From an uncultured Gemmatimonadales bacterium (GTDB lineage Bacteria > Gemmatimonadota > Gemmatimonadetes > Gemmatimonadales > GWC2-71-9), in NCBI GenBank assembly GCA_963825055.1, contig CAWGSK010000009.1:160001-224000 (forward strand): a DNA stretch of 64,000 nucleotides, given 5' to 3'. Made by a program: the position numbers and the translations under genes. Below are positions 37,806-47,309 of the stretch, piece after piece. How positions within the stretch are numbered: the first letter of the stretch is position 1; the number at the start of each line of letters is the position of its first letter. The notes under the pieces are model-generated. The model searched no databases. It had not been told where the DNA came from and saw only the letters and a program-made list of their open reading frames with translations.

Positions 37806-40397
37806 GTGTCGATTCGATCCCTGTCCCGGACCTTCCTGGCTGCCGCGTCCATACTGTATTCCCTCGCCGCGCCCGCCAGTGCCCAGGCCCCCTGTCCGCC
37901 GGAGGCTGTCCGGGAGGTGGCGCGGGGCTGGGAGGTATACCGCCTGGACTCGGTCGGGGTCGCGCTCGGGCTGTTCGCCTCCGCTGACCGGCGGTGCCTG
38001 CGCAACTGGGATGCGAAGACCGGCCTTGGCTATGCCCGCCTGCGGCTGGATGAGCTGAACCGGGCCGACTCCCTGTTCACGATCGTGACCCGGAATGATT
38101 CGCTGAGCGCGGACGCGTGGACCGGCCTTGCCCTTGTCGCCTCCCGCCTCGGCCAGACCGGGCGCGCAACTGCCAGCGCCCGCCGCGCGCTGGCCATGCA
38201 GCCGGAGAACTCGACCGCCCGCGGAGTCCTGGATCGCGTGGCCCCCGACTGGGACCGGACCGTCCCCGGGCCACAGCCCCGGCCAGATACGCTTCAGCTC
38301 GTAGCCCGCACCAGGGGAAGCGCCTTCGAGGTGAACAAGGCTGGCCGGTGGACACAGTTCTACATCAAGGGCATCAACCTCGGCGTCGCCCTTCCCGGGC
38401 GCTTCCCGGCGGAGTTCCCCACCGATTCGACGCTCTATGCCGGGTGGCTCGATACCATCGGGACGATGCGCGCCAATACCGTGCGGGTGTATACAATCCT
38501 CCCCCCGGAATTCTACCGGGCACTGCGTGGCTACAACCTCACCCATCCCGATGCTCCGCTCTGGCTGGTCCACGGCGTCTGGACGGAGCTGCCCCCGGAT
38601 GACGATTTCGAGAACCCCGCCTGGAAGGCCGGGTTCAGGGCCGAGATGTCCCGGATCGTGCACCTGGTCCACGGCAATGCCGCGCTGGAGCCCGGGCCCG
38701 GGCATGCCTCGGGGAGATATGACGCCGACGTCTCGCGATGGACGCTTGCCTGGATCATCGGGCGCGAGTGGGAGCCGTTCGCGGTGAAGGCGTTCGACTC
38801 GATTGCGGGAGGGCCCCGCCACTACGATGGCCGCTACCTGGCCATGACCGGCCCCGCCACCGATGCCTGGATGGCCGAACAGTGCGACTACATGCTGGCG
38901 CTGGAGATGGACCGCTACCACGCCATCAGGCCCATCGCCTACACCAACTGGCCCACCCTGGATCCGCTCACCCACCCGACTGAGAGCACGGTGAAGGAGG
39001 AAATGGCATGGCGCCGCCGCACCGGGCGCCCCTTCCTGAACCCCTCGAACGAATACGACAACGACGTGATCGGGCTGGATCCCGGTATCGTCCACCCGAC
39101 ACCTGCCAACCCGGCGGGGTGGTTCGCCAGCTATCACGCCTATCCCTACTATCCCGACTTCATGCTCTTCGATTCGACCTACGGGGCAGCGGCGTCGAGC
39201 GAAGGGCCCTCGAACTACTACGGCTACCTGCGCGATCTCGTCAGGTACCACAAGGACATGCCGGTGGTCATTGCGGAGTACGGGGTCCCGTCGAGCCGGG
39301 GCGAGGCGCACTGGCAGCCCCAGGGATGGAACCATGGCGGGCACGACGAGGCAGCCATGGCCCGGATCGACGCCCGTCTCACGCGCGACATCCATGAGGC
39401 AGGCGCGGCCGGGAGCATCCTCTTCGCGTGGATCGACGAATGGTTCAAGCGGAACTGGGTGGTGGTCGACCTGCAGATCCCCGCGTCCCACACGCCGCGC
39501 TGGCACAACGCGGAGGATGCTGAGCAGAATTACGGCGTCCTTGGCATGTACGCCGGGCAGGCGGACAGCACGCCGGCACTCGGCGGAAACCCGTGCCGCT
39601 GGAAAGACCCCGCCGCGCCCGGCGCCGTATCGCTGCGGTCCGATGAAGCGTATGTCTACGTGAGCGTGCCCGTAGACGGACTCGACTGGGACTCCTCGGG
39701 TGTCATGATCGCGCTGGATACCTACAGACCCGCGATCGGACAGCACCAGCTCCCGCATACGGGAACCCGGACAGGACCGGGGTTCGAATTCCTGGTGGAC
39801 CTGCGGCGGCCGGACGATGCCCAGCTTCGTATCATCTCCAATTACGACCCCCTGCGCGGACCGCCCCCGGCGGACGGGGACGAGCGGGGGCAGTTCTATC
39901 ACCGCCCCGCCGCGACCCGCGATCGCACTGACGGTGCCTTTGACAGCATGTACGTCATCACCAACCGGGCCCGTTTTGGACGGGACGGAACATTCTATCC
40001 CGCCCGGGGATATGTTCGTGGGCGGCTCCGCTACGGGACGGCCAGCCAGTCCAGCCTTTCCGACTGGTACCATGAGCAGAAGGGCTCGCTCCTGGAAATC
40101 CGGCTCCCGTGGCAGCTGCTGAACGTCACCGATCCCTCCACGCGGACTGTCCTGGATGACGAATCGCGAGACGGGCCGTTCGGGACTACCCACACGGACG
40201 GGTTCCGGGTGGGAGCCATGATCTACCGGAAGGCGGACGGACAGGTCCAGAAAGCCTTCCCTGCGCTGCGCAACGATGAATGGCGGGCGGAGGATTTTCG
40301 CACCTGGGCCTGGAAGACATGGGAAATGCCCACGTATCACGAGCGACTGAAGCCGGTCTATGGCACCATGCGCGAGACCTGGGGCGAACTGCCGTGA
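37806..40397 (+). CDS. Secreted TPR + glycoside-hydrolase-like TIM-barrel protein
   Basis: Signal peptide, TPRs, IKGINLG..LPG.FP, ANTVRVYTILPP.FY, IIGREWEP, FASYHAYPYYPDF, IAEYGVP, FAWIDEWFK. Confidence 0.8.
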   Translation: MSIRSLSRTFLAAASILYSLAAPASAQAPCPPEAVREVARGWEVYRLDSVGVALGLFASADRRCLRNWDAKTGLGYARLRLDELNRADSLFTIVTRNDSLSADAWTGLALVASRLGQTGRATASARRALAMQPENSTARGVLDRVAPDWDRTVPGPQPRPDTLQLVARTRGSAFEVNKAGRWTQFYIKGINLGVALPGRFPAEFPTDSTLYAGWLDTIGTMRANTVRVYTILPPEFYRALRGYNLTHPDAPLWLVHGVWTELPPDDDFENPAWKAGFRAEMSRIVHLVHGNAALEPGPGHASGRYDADVSRWTLAWIIGREWEPFAVKAFDSIAGGPRHYDGRYLAMTGPATDAWMAEQCDYMLALEMDRYHAIRPIAYTNWPTLDPLTHPTESTVKEEMAWRRRTGRPFLNPSNEYDNDVIGLDPGIVHPTPANPAGWFASYHAYPYYPDFMLFDSTYGAAASSEGPSNYYGYLRDLVRYHKDMPVVIAEYGVPSSRGEAHWQPQGWNHGGHDEAAMARIDARLTRDIHEAGAAGSILFAWIDEWFKRNWVVVDLQIPASHTPRWHNAEDAEQNYGVLGMYAGQADSTPALGGNPCRWKDPAAPGAVSLRSDEAYVYVSVPVDGLDWDSSGVMIALDTYRPAIGQHQLPHTGTRTGPGFEFLVDLRRPDDAQLRIISNYDPLRGPPPADGDERGQFYHRPAATRDRTDGAFDSMYVITNRARFGRDGTFYPARGYVRGRLRYGTASQSSLSDWYHEQKGSLLEIRLPWQLLNVTDPSTRTVLDDESRDGPFGTTHTDGFRVGAMIYRKADGQVQKAFPALRNDEWRAEDFRTWAWKTWEMPTYHERLKPVYGTMRETWGELP

Positions 40398-41965
40398 GGG
40401 TCCGCCCCGGCTGGTTTCTGGCGGCAGTGCTCACACTCACGTCCGCCGGGGGGCTCGAGGCGCAGGCTGCAGTGGGCGACTCCGCCTGGCAGGCGGGCGA
40501 CTTCCACACGGCGCGGATTGCCTATGAGCGCGAACTCGCCACCAATCCATCAAGCACGCGGGCCAACTTCCGACTCGGCATCCTGGCGTCGTGGGACGGC
40601 CGGCTCGATTCGGCCCTGGTCCTGATCCGCCGTGCTCGCGCGGTGGAACCATTTGATGCCGACCTGCTCGTAGGCGAGGCGCGCGTCCTGTCATGGGCCG
40701 GTCGCTTCAATCAGGCGCTGCGCCAGTACGATTCGGCCCTGGCCCTGATTCCCGGGCACCGGGATGCGGAGCTCGGGCGCGCGCAGGCGCTGGCCTGGGC
40801 CAATCGCCTCGAGGCTGCGGACAGCGCCTACGCCGCCATGCTGGAGAGGGACCCGCTCGACCTCGAAGCCGCCAGCGGCCAGGCCCAGGTCCTGGCGTGG
40901 AGTGGCCGCCTGGTACCGGCGCTTCTCCGGTATCGCGCTGTACTCGACAGGGATCCCGACAACGTGCGGGCGCTCACCGGGACGGCGCGCGTGTACGAGT
41001 GGCGCGGGCGGCCCTTCCGGGCACGGGAGTACGTCCGGCGCGCGCGCCAGGCGGACTCGACCGATCGCGATGCGCGGGAGCTCGAGCGCCAGGTAACCGC
41101 GACCCTGCAGCCCAGAGTCGAGCTTACCGCGGCCTACAGCGAGGACTCGGACGACAACCAGAGCTGGTGGCAGACCGGGACCCTGTCCTCGGTGCTGAGC
41201 GACGGTGTAAGGGGGTTCCTGACGGTCGGTGCCCTGGAGGCCTCTGACCCTTTCCGGGACGCGACCCGTGTCATGGGCGAGGGTGGACTTTCCTGGGCCC
41301 GGGGCAACCTCCAGCTGACCGGGGCCCTCGGCGCCCGCCGGCTGAGCCCCGACAGCGCGCCCGTGCGCACCGAGCCCACGTGGCGGAGCGGCATCAGCTA
41401 TCGGCTCGCTCCCGGGGCGGGAGTGGGCCTGGGCTACGCACACTACCCCTTCGACGAAACGGCGCTCCTGATCGGACGCAACCTGGACCTGGACGCGCTC
41501 GAGGGCAGCGCGGACGTCACGCTTCATCGCGGACTTACCCTCGGGCTGGGAGGGGGCTATGCCTGGCTCAGTGACGGCAATGCCCGCCGCTCGGGCGTCG
41601 TCGCGATGACCCAGGAGATCCACCGGAAATTCTTCATTGGGGGCTTCGGCAGGATCCTGAGCTACGAGGGCCCCGGATTCGGCTACTTCACGCCGGATCG
41701 TTTCACCATCCTCGAGGGACGCACGGGATGGACCCACGATGACGGCCACTGGCTGGCCAGGCTGAGCGGAGGGCTCGGCGTGCAGCAGATCGCGAAGGGA
41801 GCCACGACCCAGAGCGAGTGGCACGTCGAGGCCAGGTTCGGCCGGACCTGGAACGTCGTAAATGCCGTCGAAGTGTTCGGCAGCCTCACGAACAGCGCCG
41901 AGAGCTCGACTACCGGCGCCTTCCGGTATGGCAGCGCGGGCCTGGTGATACGGCTGGGACTATGA
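40394..41965 (+). CDS. TPR-containing outer-membrane porin (PgaA/YaiO-like architecture)
   Basis: Repeated A.VLSW.G TPR units, C-terminal beta barrel with GYFTPD; GTGA overlap. Confidence 0.72.
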   Translation: MRVRPGWFLAAVLTLTSAGGLEAQAAVGDSAWQAGDFHTARIAYERELATNPSSTRANFRLGILASWDGRLDSALVLIRRARAVEPFDADLLVGEARVLSWAGRFNQALRQYDSALALIPGHRDAELGRAQALAWANRLEAADSAYAAMLERDPLDLEAASGQAQVLAWSGRLVPALLRYRAVLDRDPDNVRALTGTARVYEWRGRPFRAREYVRRARQADSTDRDARELERQVTATLQPRVELTAAYSEDSDDNQSWWQTGTLSSVLSDGVRGFLTVGALEASDPFRDATRVMGEGGLSWARGNLQLTGALGARRLSPDSAPVRTEPTWRSGISYRLAPGAGVGLGYAHYPFDETALLIGRNLDLDALEGSADVTLHRGLTLGLGGGYAWLSDGNARRSGVVAMTQEIHRKFFIGGFGRILSYEGPGFGYFTPDRFTILEGRTGWTHDDGHWLARLSGGLGVQQIAKGATTQSEWHVEARFGRTWNVVNAVEVFGSLTNSAESSTTGAFRYGSAGLVIRLGL

Positions 41966-41970
41966 GGTGC

Positions 41971-42090
41971 GGGGAATAGACAATGGGCAACAGGCAACGG
42001 GGGGCCTGAGATACGTCTGAGCCCGGTTCCCTGTTGCCTCTTCCACTTCCTTCCCTGTTCCCTGTTCCCTGTCACTTCTCACCTCTCACC
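41971..42090. repeat. Inverted heptamer arms (GGCAACA-like; CCCTGTT/CTCTCAC-like)
   Basis: Read directly; lies between convergent genes. Confidence 0.65.
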
Positions 42091-43268
42091 TCCAGCACCG
42101 CCAGATAGTACCCTGCCTCGTACTCCTTCGCCGCCGGGTCAGGCACCAGTGCGGCCACCCAGCGGCCGTCGCGTGTGGCGGTCAGTGCAACGCCTGGACC
42201 CAGGATACGGCCACCCAGTCGGATCCATCCTCCCCGGCTCTCAAGCGCTCCAGCGTCGGTTTCCACTGTCCGGAGCCCCGTATCCGGAGGCACGGAGATA
42301 TCCACCGTGGGGCCGTCGGTCCATCGATACCAGGTCGGCTCGACCGGGGCCCCCGCCGGCGCAGGCTCGCCCCCCGAAGCCGGGAAAGCGATCCATGCCG
42401 TCGCCCCCGCGCCGTCGGCAATGTGCCCCCCGGGCAACCCCGCGAGCACGGTGTCGCCGTGGCGGGCCCACGCCACCTGCCAGCCTCCCGCCGCGTCGAA
42501 CCACCTCACCTGCCCCTGCCGGAGGTCGACAACTCCCGGCCGAGCCAGGCCGAACATCATGGACATGCCGCTCGCCGGGAAAGAGGCCCGTCGGGCGCTG
42601 TCGGCCGTGATTCCGAACTCGGAGGCCGCTGCGTCCCATTCAGCCGTGGGGAGGGTGTCAGCTTCACGCGCGGACATCACGCGCGCCCCGCCAACCGCCA
42701 GGCGGAACCAGTCCGGCGAGGGCGCCACGTCCCACACCGAGTCCATGCGGAAGGAAGGCTGGTCGCCGTCGCTTCCGACGAACACGGCGTTGGGTACCGG
42801 GTCATTCTCCACGCCTGCAGGGTCGTCAACGAGAAGCAGCGTGTGCCCATCGGACGAACGGGCCCACCGAGGGCGGGTAGCCATGCCGGACGTCGCCTGG
42901 TTTACCCGGGTCATGCGCAGCACCATCATGCTCGGCGGTGAGCCGGAATCGACCACGAGGAACGACTTGCGGCCCAGGCGGCCAAGGGCAAAACGCGTCG
43001 CCTCGGCGAGGAGCGAATCGGGGGTCGGGTTGACGCGCACCGCCCAGAGGCTGTCCGGACGTCGGTCCAGGAACGCCGCCCACCCCGCGCGTACCAGCGA
43101 GTCCCGCGCATCCGCCGCGGCCATGCTGTCGCGCAGCGCCATCACCTGCAACGCGTGAAATGCCCGGGGCGCCGCCAACCGGGCAGCGGAAGGCTCATCC
43201 CTGCCCCCGCCACATGCGGAGGCCAGGATGAGAAACGTCACGTACCAGTGCTGTCGTACCGATCGCAT
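42072..43268 (-). CDS. Hypothetical lipoprotein (possible SPOR-like N-domain and beta-rich C-domain)
   Basis: Lipobox ASAC; ALQVMA...A...RDSL...GW pattern; SPDW.RLA.G. Confidence 0.65.
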   Translation of the reverse strand: MRSVRQHWYVTFLILASACGGGRDEPSAARLAAPRAFHALQVMALRDSMAAADARDSLVRAGWAAFLDRRPDSLWAVRVNPTPDSLLAEATRFALGRLGRKSFLVVDSGSPPSMMVLRMTRVNQATSGMATRPRWARSSDGHTLLLVDDPAGVENDPVPNAVFVGSDGDQPSFRMDSVWDVAPSPDWFRLAVGGARVMSAREADTLPTAEWDAAASEFGITADSARRASFPASGMSMMFGLARPGVVDLRQGQVRWFDAAGGWQVAWARHGDTVLAGLPGGHIADGAGATAWIAFPASGGEPAPAGAPVEPTWYRWTDGPTVDISVPPDTGLRTVETDAGALESRGGWIRLGGRILGPGVALTATRDGRWVAALVPDPAAKEYEAGYYLAVLEVRGEK

Positions 43269-43410
43269 GTCCCTGCCCTGCCGTTCGCGAGAAGTGGAGG
43301 ACGGCTCGTAGCCCTTCCCAACATACAACGCCCCATTTACCCCTTACCACCTGGCCCGGAGGGCAGGGTGGGTGTTGTCAGTTGTATCCCAATCGCATGG
43401 ATGAGGGACC

Positions 43411-43932
43411 ATGATCGAAAAGCAACTTCAGGAATCGCGGGACCTGCTGCTGCAGTCGCTTCACGGCCTGACCAGTGCCCAGTGGAATTTCAAGGCGAAC
43501 CCCGAGGGGTGGTGCATCTTCGAGATCCTCGAGCACGTCGCCCTGATCGAGGACAGCACAGTCCGCATTCTCTCCGACCCGGGCCGCGCCGCCCACCTGT
43601 CGGAGGCCGAGCGGAGCGAGATCGCGGGAAAGGGGGAGCGCCTCGCCGCGGCGATGCTCGATCGAAGCCGTCGCCGTCAGGCCCCGGACATGGCCCTGCC
43701 GCGCGGGCACTGGAATACCCCCAATGACACGATCGATGCGTTCGCGAATGCCCGCGACCAAGCCCTCCACCTGGCCAGCCGGCCCGAAGAGGAACTCCGC
43801 GCCGTGGGCGCACCGCACCCGCTCCTGGGCCTGATGGACGGACTGCAGTGGCTGATGTTCTTCGATGTCCATGCCCGCCGGCATCGGGAGCAGATGGAGG
43901 AGGTGAAGCAGTATGGGGGGTATCCCGGGTGA
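43411..43932 (+). CDS. DinB-family protein
   Basis: W....ILEHVAL, HPLLG.MDGLQW, HARRH.EQ. Confidence 0.88.
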   Translation: MIEKQLQESRDLLLQSLHGLTSAQWNFKANPEGWCIFEILEHVALIEDSTVRILSDPGRAAHLSEAERSEIAGKGERLAAAMLDRSRRRQAPDMALPRGHWNTPNDTIDAFANARDQALHLASRPEEELRAVGAPHPLLGLMDGLQWLMFFDVHARRHREQMEEVKQYGGYPG

Positions 43933-44020
43933 ACGGTGATTGGTGAGTTCGCTTCAAGGTTGGTGATGGTCCGCGGAGCGCACCATCGCCGACTGCCAGG
44001 CACTACTTGCTCCTCACCAG

Positions 44021-45436
44021 TCACTGCTCCTTCCACGTCTCGAAAAACCCCCACCCGCTGTCCGAAACCACGCGGCCTGCGAGCGCCGCCTCCATCTTCC
44101 AGCGGCCCCGCATCTGGAGGAACCAGCGCGCCGGCACCCCCCCGCCGGCACCTGCGCCGTTCGAACGCGCGGCGCGGATGGACGCGCTGAGCCGGAGCGT
44201 ATCGCTTCCCTGGGTCGCCGTGAAGGACAGCGCGCCCGGCGCCCGCGTATCTCCCGACGCCGTCGTACCCGCATAGGCGATGTCCGGGGCGCGGAAGACC
44301 TGGTGTACTCCCATGGAGTCCACCAGCGCCACGAAGAGTGATGGAGGCTCCGCGGTTCCGGCCCTGACCGCGCCGTAGAGGATCGCCGTCCGAGCGCCCC
44401 GCGCCGCACCCCACTCCCAGCGGACATCGCGCCATATACCCCAGTTGTGGTCGTGATACGCGTGCGCCCGGGTAAGCGAGATGCACCGGCCGCGTACGCA
44501 GATGCTCCCCGACGCCTCGGCCGTCAGGGCCGGGACGACATACCCCGAGGGCTGGCCCGGAGTGCCGAGCTCTACTGGCGGGAAATAATGGTACGGCGTG
44601 GGAACGACGCGCAGGTCCAGCACGAGGCCCGGCAGCTCCACGGACAGGCGGTAGGTGCCGTTGCGCTGGATGACGCTCGCGGGGCCGGCATGCACGTCCG
44701 CCGAGGTGGTGTCGAACCGTATCGCGCCGGAGGCAACCCCCGCCGTGAATTCCTCGTGGCGGCCATCGGGCCGCCGATGGGTCGCCAGGACCTGCCCTCC
44801 CCACTTCCCGAACCCGATTCTCCCGCCTGTGAGCACGGTGACGTACCACCACTCGTCTTCCGAAACGACGACGTTGAAGTAATGCCACTCGGCCCATGTG
44901 CTGTCGTCCACGCCGGGCATGTGGAAATGGTCGAGGCCGTCATAGAGTTGCTGGGCCGTCGGCTGGACCCATGCCGAGTCCGCGCGGGTGTCCGCCCAGG
45001 TTCCGTCGATCACCTCGATGCCTGCCCCCACGTCACGTGTGCGGCTCGGGATCTCCCCCGTTGCGCGAACCGGGAGCCGGCCCGCCCGACTCTCCAGGTA
45101 AACCAGCCTGTCCACCAGCGCCGGCGATACGGTCTTCACCAGTTCCGCATGTCGGGGCCCGCCGATGGCCTGGCGCACCAGGTATCGGGCCCGCTCGAGG
45201 TTGAAGTACATGCCGCTGATCCCGCCGGTCCGCATTGCCTCGACATCGATACCGGCTGGAAGTACCGTCACCTCCCCGCCCCCGACGAGGGTCGCGTCCC
45301 GGGCCTGCGAGAGCATCGCCTCTCCCACGGAGAGGAGCACAATCATCACGCCGACCCCCAGCGCATAACCGGCAAGGAGCACGGCGGCCCGGCTCCGCCG
45401 GACGGCCAGGTGGCGGACCGCCAGCAACCAGTGCAT
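44021..45436 (-). CDS. Fusion of an N-terminal MacB/LolE permease half (TM1 + part of the periplasmic domain) with an AttH/lipocalin-like domain
   Basis: LAVRHL..RRSR...GYALGVGVMIVLLSV; then WAEWHYFN, SGYVVP, AYHDHNWG, WEWG, GFFE. Confidence 0.72.
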   Translation of the reverse strand: MHWLLAVRHLAVRRSRAAVLLAGYALGVGVMIVLLSVGEAMLSQARDATLVGGGEVTVLPAGIDVEAMRTGGISGMYFNLERARYLVRQAIGGPRHAELVKTVSPALVDRLVYLESRAGRLPVRATGEIPSRTRDVGAGIEVIDGTWADTRADSAWVQPTAQQLYDGLDHFHMPGVDDSTWAEWHYFNVVVSEDEWWYVTVLTGGRIGFGKWGGQVLATHRRPDGRHEEFTAGVASGAIRFDTTSADVHAGPASVIQRNGTYRLSVELPGLVLDLRVVPTPYHYFPPVELGTPGQPSGYVVPALTAEASGSICVRGRCISLTRAHAYHDHNWGIWRDVRWEWGAARGARTAILYGAVRAGTAEPPSLFVALVDSMGVHQVFRAPDIAYAGTTASGDTRAPGALSFTATQGSDTLRLSASIRAARSNGAGAGGGVPARWFLQMRGRWKMEAALAGRVVSDSGWGFFETWKEQ

Positions 45437-46122
45437 CAGGACTCCCGCTCCAGCCTGCCGTCCAGCATGTGCAGGACCCGGCCGGCCTCGGCGGCGAGAC
45501 GCTCGTCATGGGTCACCACCACCAGTGTCATCCCGTCGTCGTGCAGCAGCCGGAACAGCGAAAGAATTCCGTCGCTGGTAGCGGCATCCAGTTCCCCGGT
45601 GGGCTCATCAGCCAGGATGAGTGCCGGCCGGTTTGCCATCGCCCGCGCGATGGCCACCCGCTGCATCTCCCCGCCGGAAAGCTGGGTTGCACGGTGGCTC
45701 CAGCGCCCGCCGAGCCCCACGTAGTCGAGCAGCTCGCGTGAACGGCGCCTGCGGTCGGCCTTCCCGACCCCGGCCTCGGCCATCGGGAGTTCCACGTTTT
45801 CGGCGGCCGTGAGGACCGGAAGGAGGTGGAAGCGCTGGAACACGAATCCGATCCCCGTCAGCCGGAGACGCGTCAGTTCGCGATCAGCGAGGGTGGAGAG
45901 GTCCACGCCGCGGAGGGACACGGCCCCGGAGGTGGGGTGGTCGATACCGCCCATCAGGTGCAGCAGGGTACTCTTGCCACAGCCCGACGGGCCGACGATC
46001 GCCGCGTATTCACCTTCCCGGATGGTGGCGGAGACACCGCGGACCGCGCGCACCGTGGACCCGTTCATCGGGTAGTCACGATGCACGTCGTCAAGGCGGA
46101 CCAGGACGGGGGGCGTCGTCAC
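45436..46122 (-). CDS. LolD/MacB-type ABC ATP-binding protein
   Basis: GPSGCGKS, IGFVFQ, LSGGEMQRVAIARA, ADEPTGELD, VTHD. Confidence 0.93.
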   Translation of the reverse strand: MTTPPVLVRLDDVHRDYPMNGSTVRAVRGVSATIREGEYAAIVGPSGCGKSTLLHLMGGIDHPTSGAVSLRGVDLSTLADRELTRLRLTGIGFVFQRFHLLPVLTAAENVELPMAEAGVGKADRRRRSRELLDYVGLGGRWSHRATQLSGGEMQRVAIARAMANRPALILADEPTGELDAATSDGILSLFRLLHDDGMTLVVVTHDERLAAEAGRVLHMLDGRLERES

Positions 46123-47309
46123 GTGGCCTCGGCCCGGAGGGTGGTGGCGATCGGGGCCCGCGAGGCCAGGAGGGCGGGATAAATCCCCGCCAGTACGCCG
46201 GACAGCAGCAGCACCCCCGCGGCCAGCGCCAGCCCGCCGGGCCGCGGGACGAAGAAGGACACACTGGCGGGAAGTCCGGGGAACGACCGGAGAATCGTGT
46301 CCAGGTACCGCGCCGTAATGGTGCCGAGGCCGATACCGAGAATGGTGCCGGCGAGTGTGATTGCGGCGCCTTCGACCATCGTCTGGAGGGCTACGGTCCG
46401 TCGCTGCACGCCGATCGCCCTGAGGGTAACGATCTCCGGCAGCCGCTCATTGATGGTGATCGTGAGCAGTGTGGCGACCAGGAGAATCGTGATCACGAGA
46501 CTGATCGTCCCGAGGATGTACGAGAGCTGGTTGAAATAGACCAGCCGCCGGCGGAACTGCACCACCATCTCCACCGAACTGCGCACGCTGAGAGTGGGCA
46601 GTGACGCCTGCAGGCGGTCGGCAACCGCCTGCGCTCCACTGTCCGTGGCCGCCTCCACCACGAAGGCGGAAACCCTGTCGTCCCCCCGCTTTCCCGTCAG
46701 CGACTGGGCGGCACGAATTGGAAGCACGAGCGAGCGGTGGCCCGTTGCATCGAAGATCACGCGCACGGTACCCCGTACCGCCAGGCGCCGGCGCACCGTC
46801 GCTGCACCTGCCTGCGGGTCGAGCAGTCCGGCAAGTTCGAGTGTGTCCCCTTCCCGGGCCTGAAGCGCGGCGGCGGCCGGCAGGCTCAGCAGGACACCCG
46901 TCGTGTCTCCCGGCGGCAGGTCCCGGCCCGTCTCGAGCTGGTATATGGCCTGGGCAGCGGGATCGATACCATACACAGTGAATACCTGCTGTGAATCTGC
47001 CCGCATCACCCAGGCGGATCCGCCGAGCAGGGGACCCGCGCGCCGTACGCCGGGGTCGCTGCGGATGACGTCGAGGACGGAATCGGCGTTCGGAATGGTG
47101 GCCTCCGTGTCGAACGGCATGGTCCCGCCCGGTGCCACCCTGATCTGGAATCCCCGCTGCACCAGCAGTTTGCCGAAGGAACGCTCCAGGCCCCCGCTCA
47201 GCAGCACCATGTCGAGCAGCATGGCCGAAGTGACCGCGAGCCCGAGGATGGCAAGCGTGGTGCGCACGGGATGCCGCGCGAGGTTCCGAAGCCCCCACCA
47301 GGCAGGCAT
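46119..47309 (-). CDS. MacB/FtsX-type ABC permease, complete 4-TM form
   Basis: LRNL.RHPVRT TM1, periplasmic domain, NERLPEIVTLRAIG, GIYPA. Confidence 0.88.
   Translation of the reverse strand: MPAWWGLRNLARHPVRTTLAILGLAVTSAMLLDMVLLSGGLERSFGKLLVQRGFQIRVAPGGTMPFDTEATIPNADSVLDVIRSDPGVRRAGPLLGGSAWVMRADSQQVFTVYGIDPAAQAIYQLETGRDLPPGDTTGVLLSLPAAAALQAREGDTLELAGLLDPQAGAATVRRRLAVRGTVRVIFDATGHRSLVLPIRAAQSLTGKRGDDRVSAFVVEAATDSGAQAVADRLQASLPTLSVRSSVEMVVQFRRRLVYFNQLSYILGTISLVITILLVATLLTITINERLPEIVTLRAIGVQRRTVALQTMVEGAAITLAGTILGIGLGTITARYLDTILRSFPGLPASVSFFVPRPGGLALAAGVLLLSGVLAGIYPALLASRAPIATTLRAEAT

Noticed and set aside
2903..40340. Long antisense or alternative-frame ORFs (e.g. 514-1989, 2903-4951, 5691-7424, 11493-13112, 32565-34430, 37725-40340)
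   Set aside because: They overlap well-supported genes, have no motifs, and are expected in stop-poor high-GC DNA.
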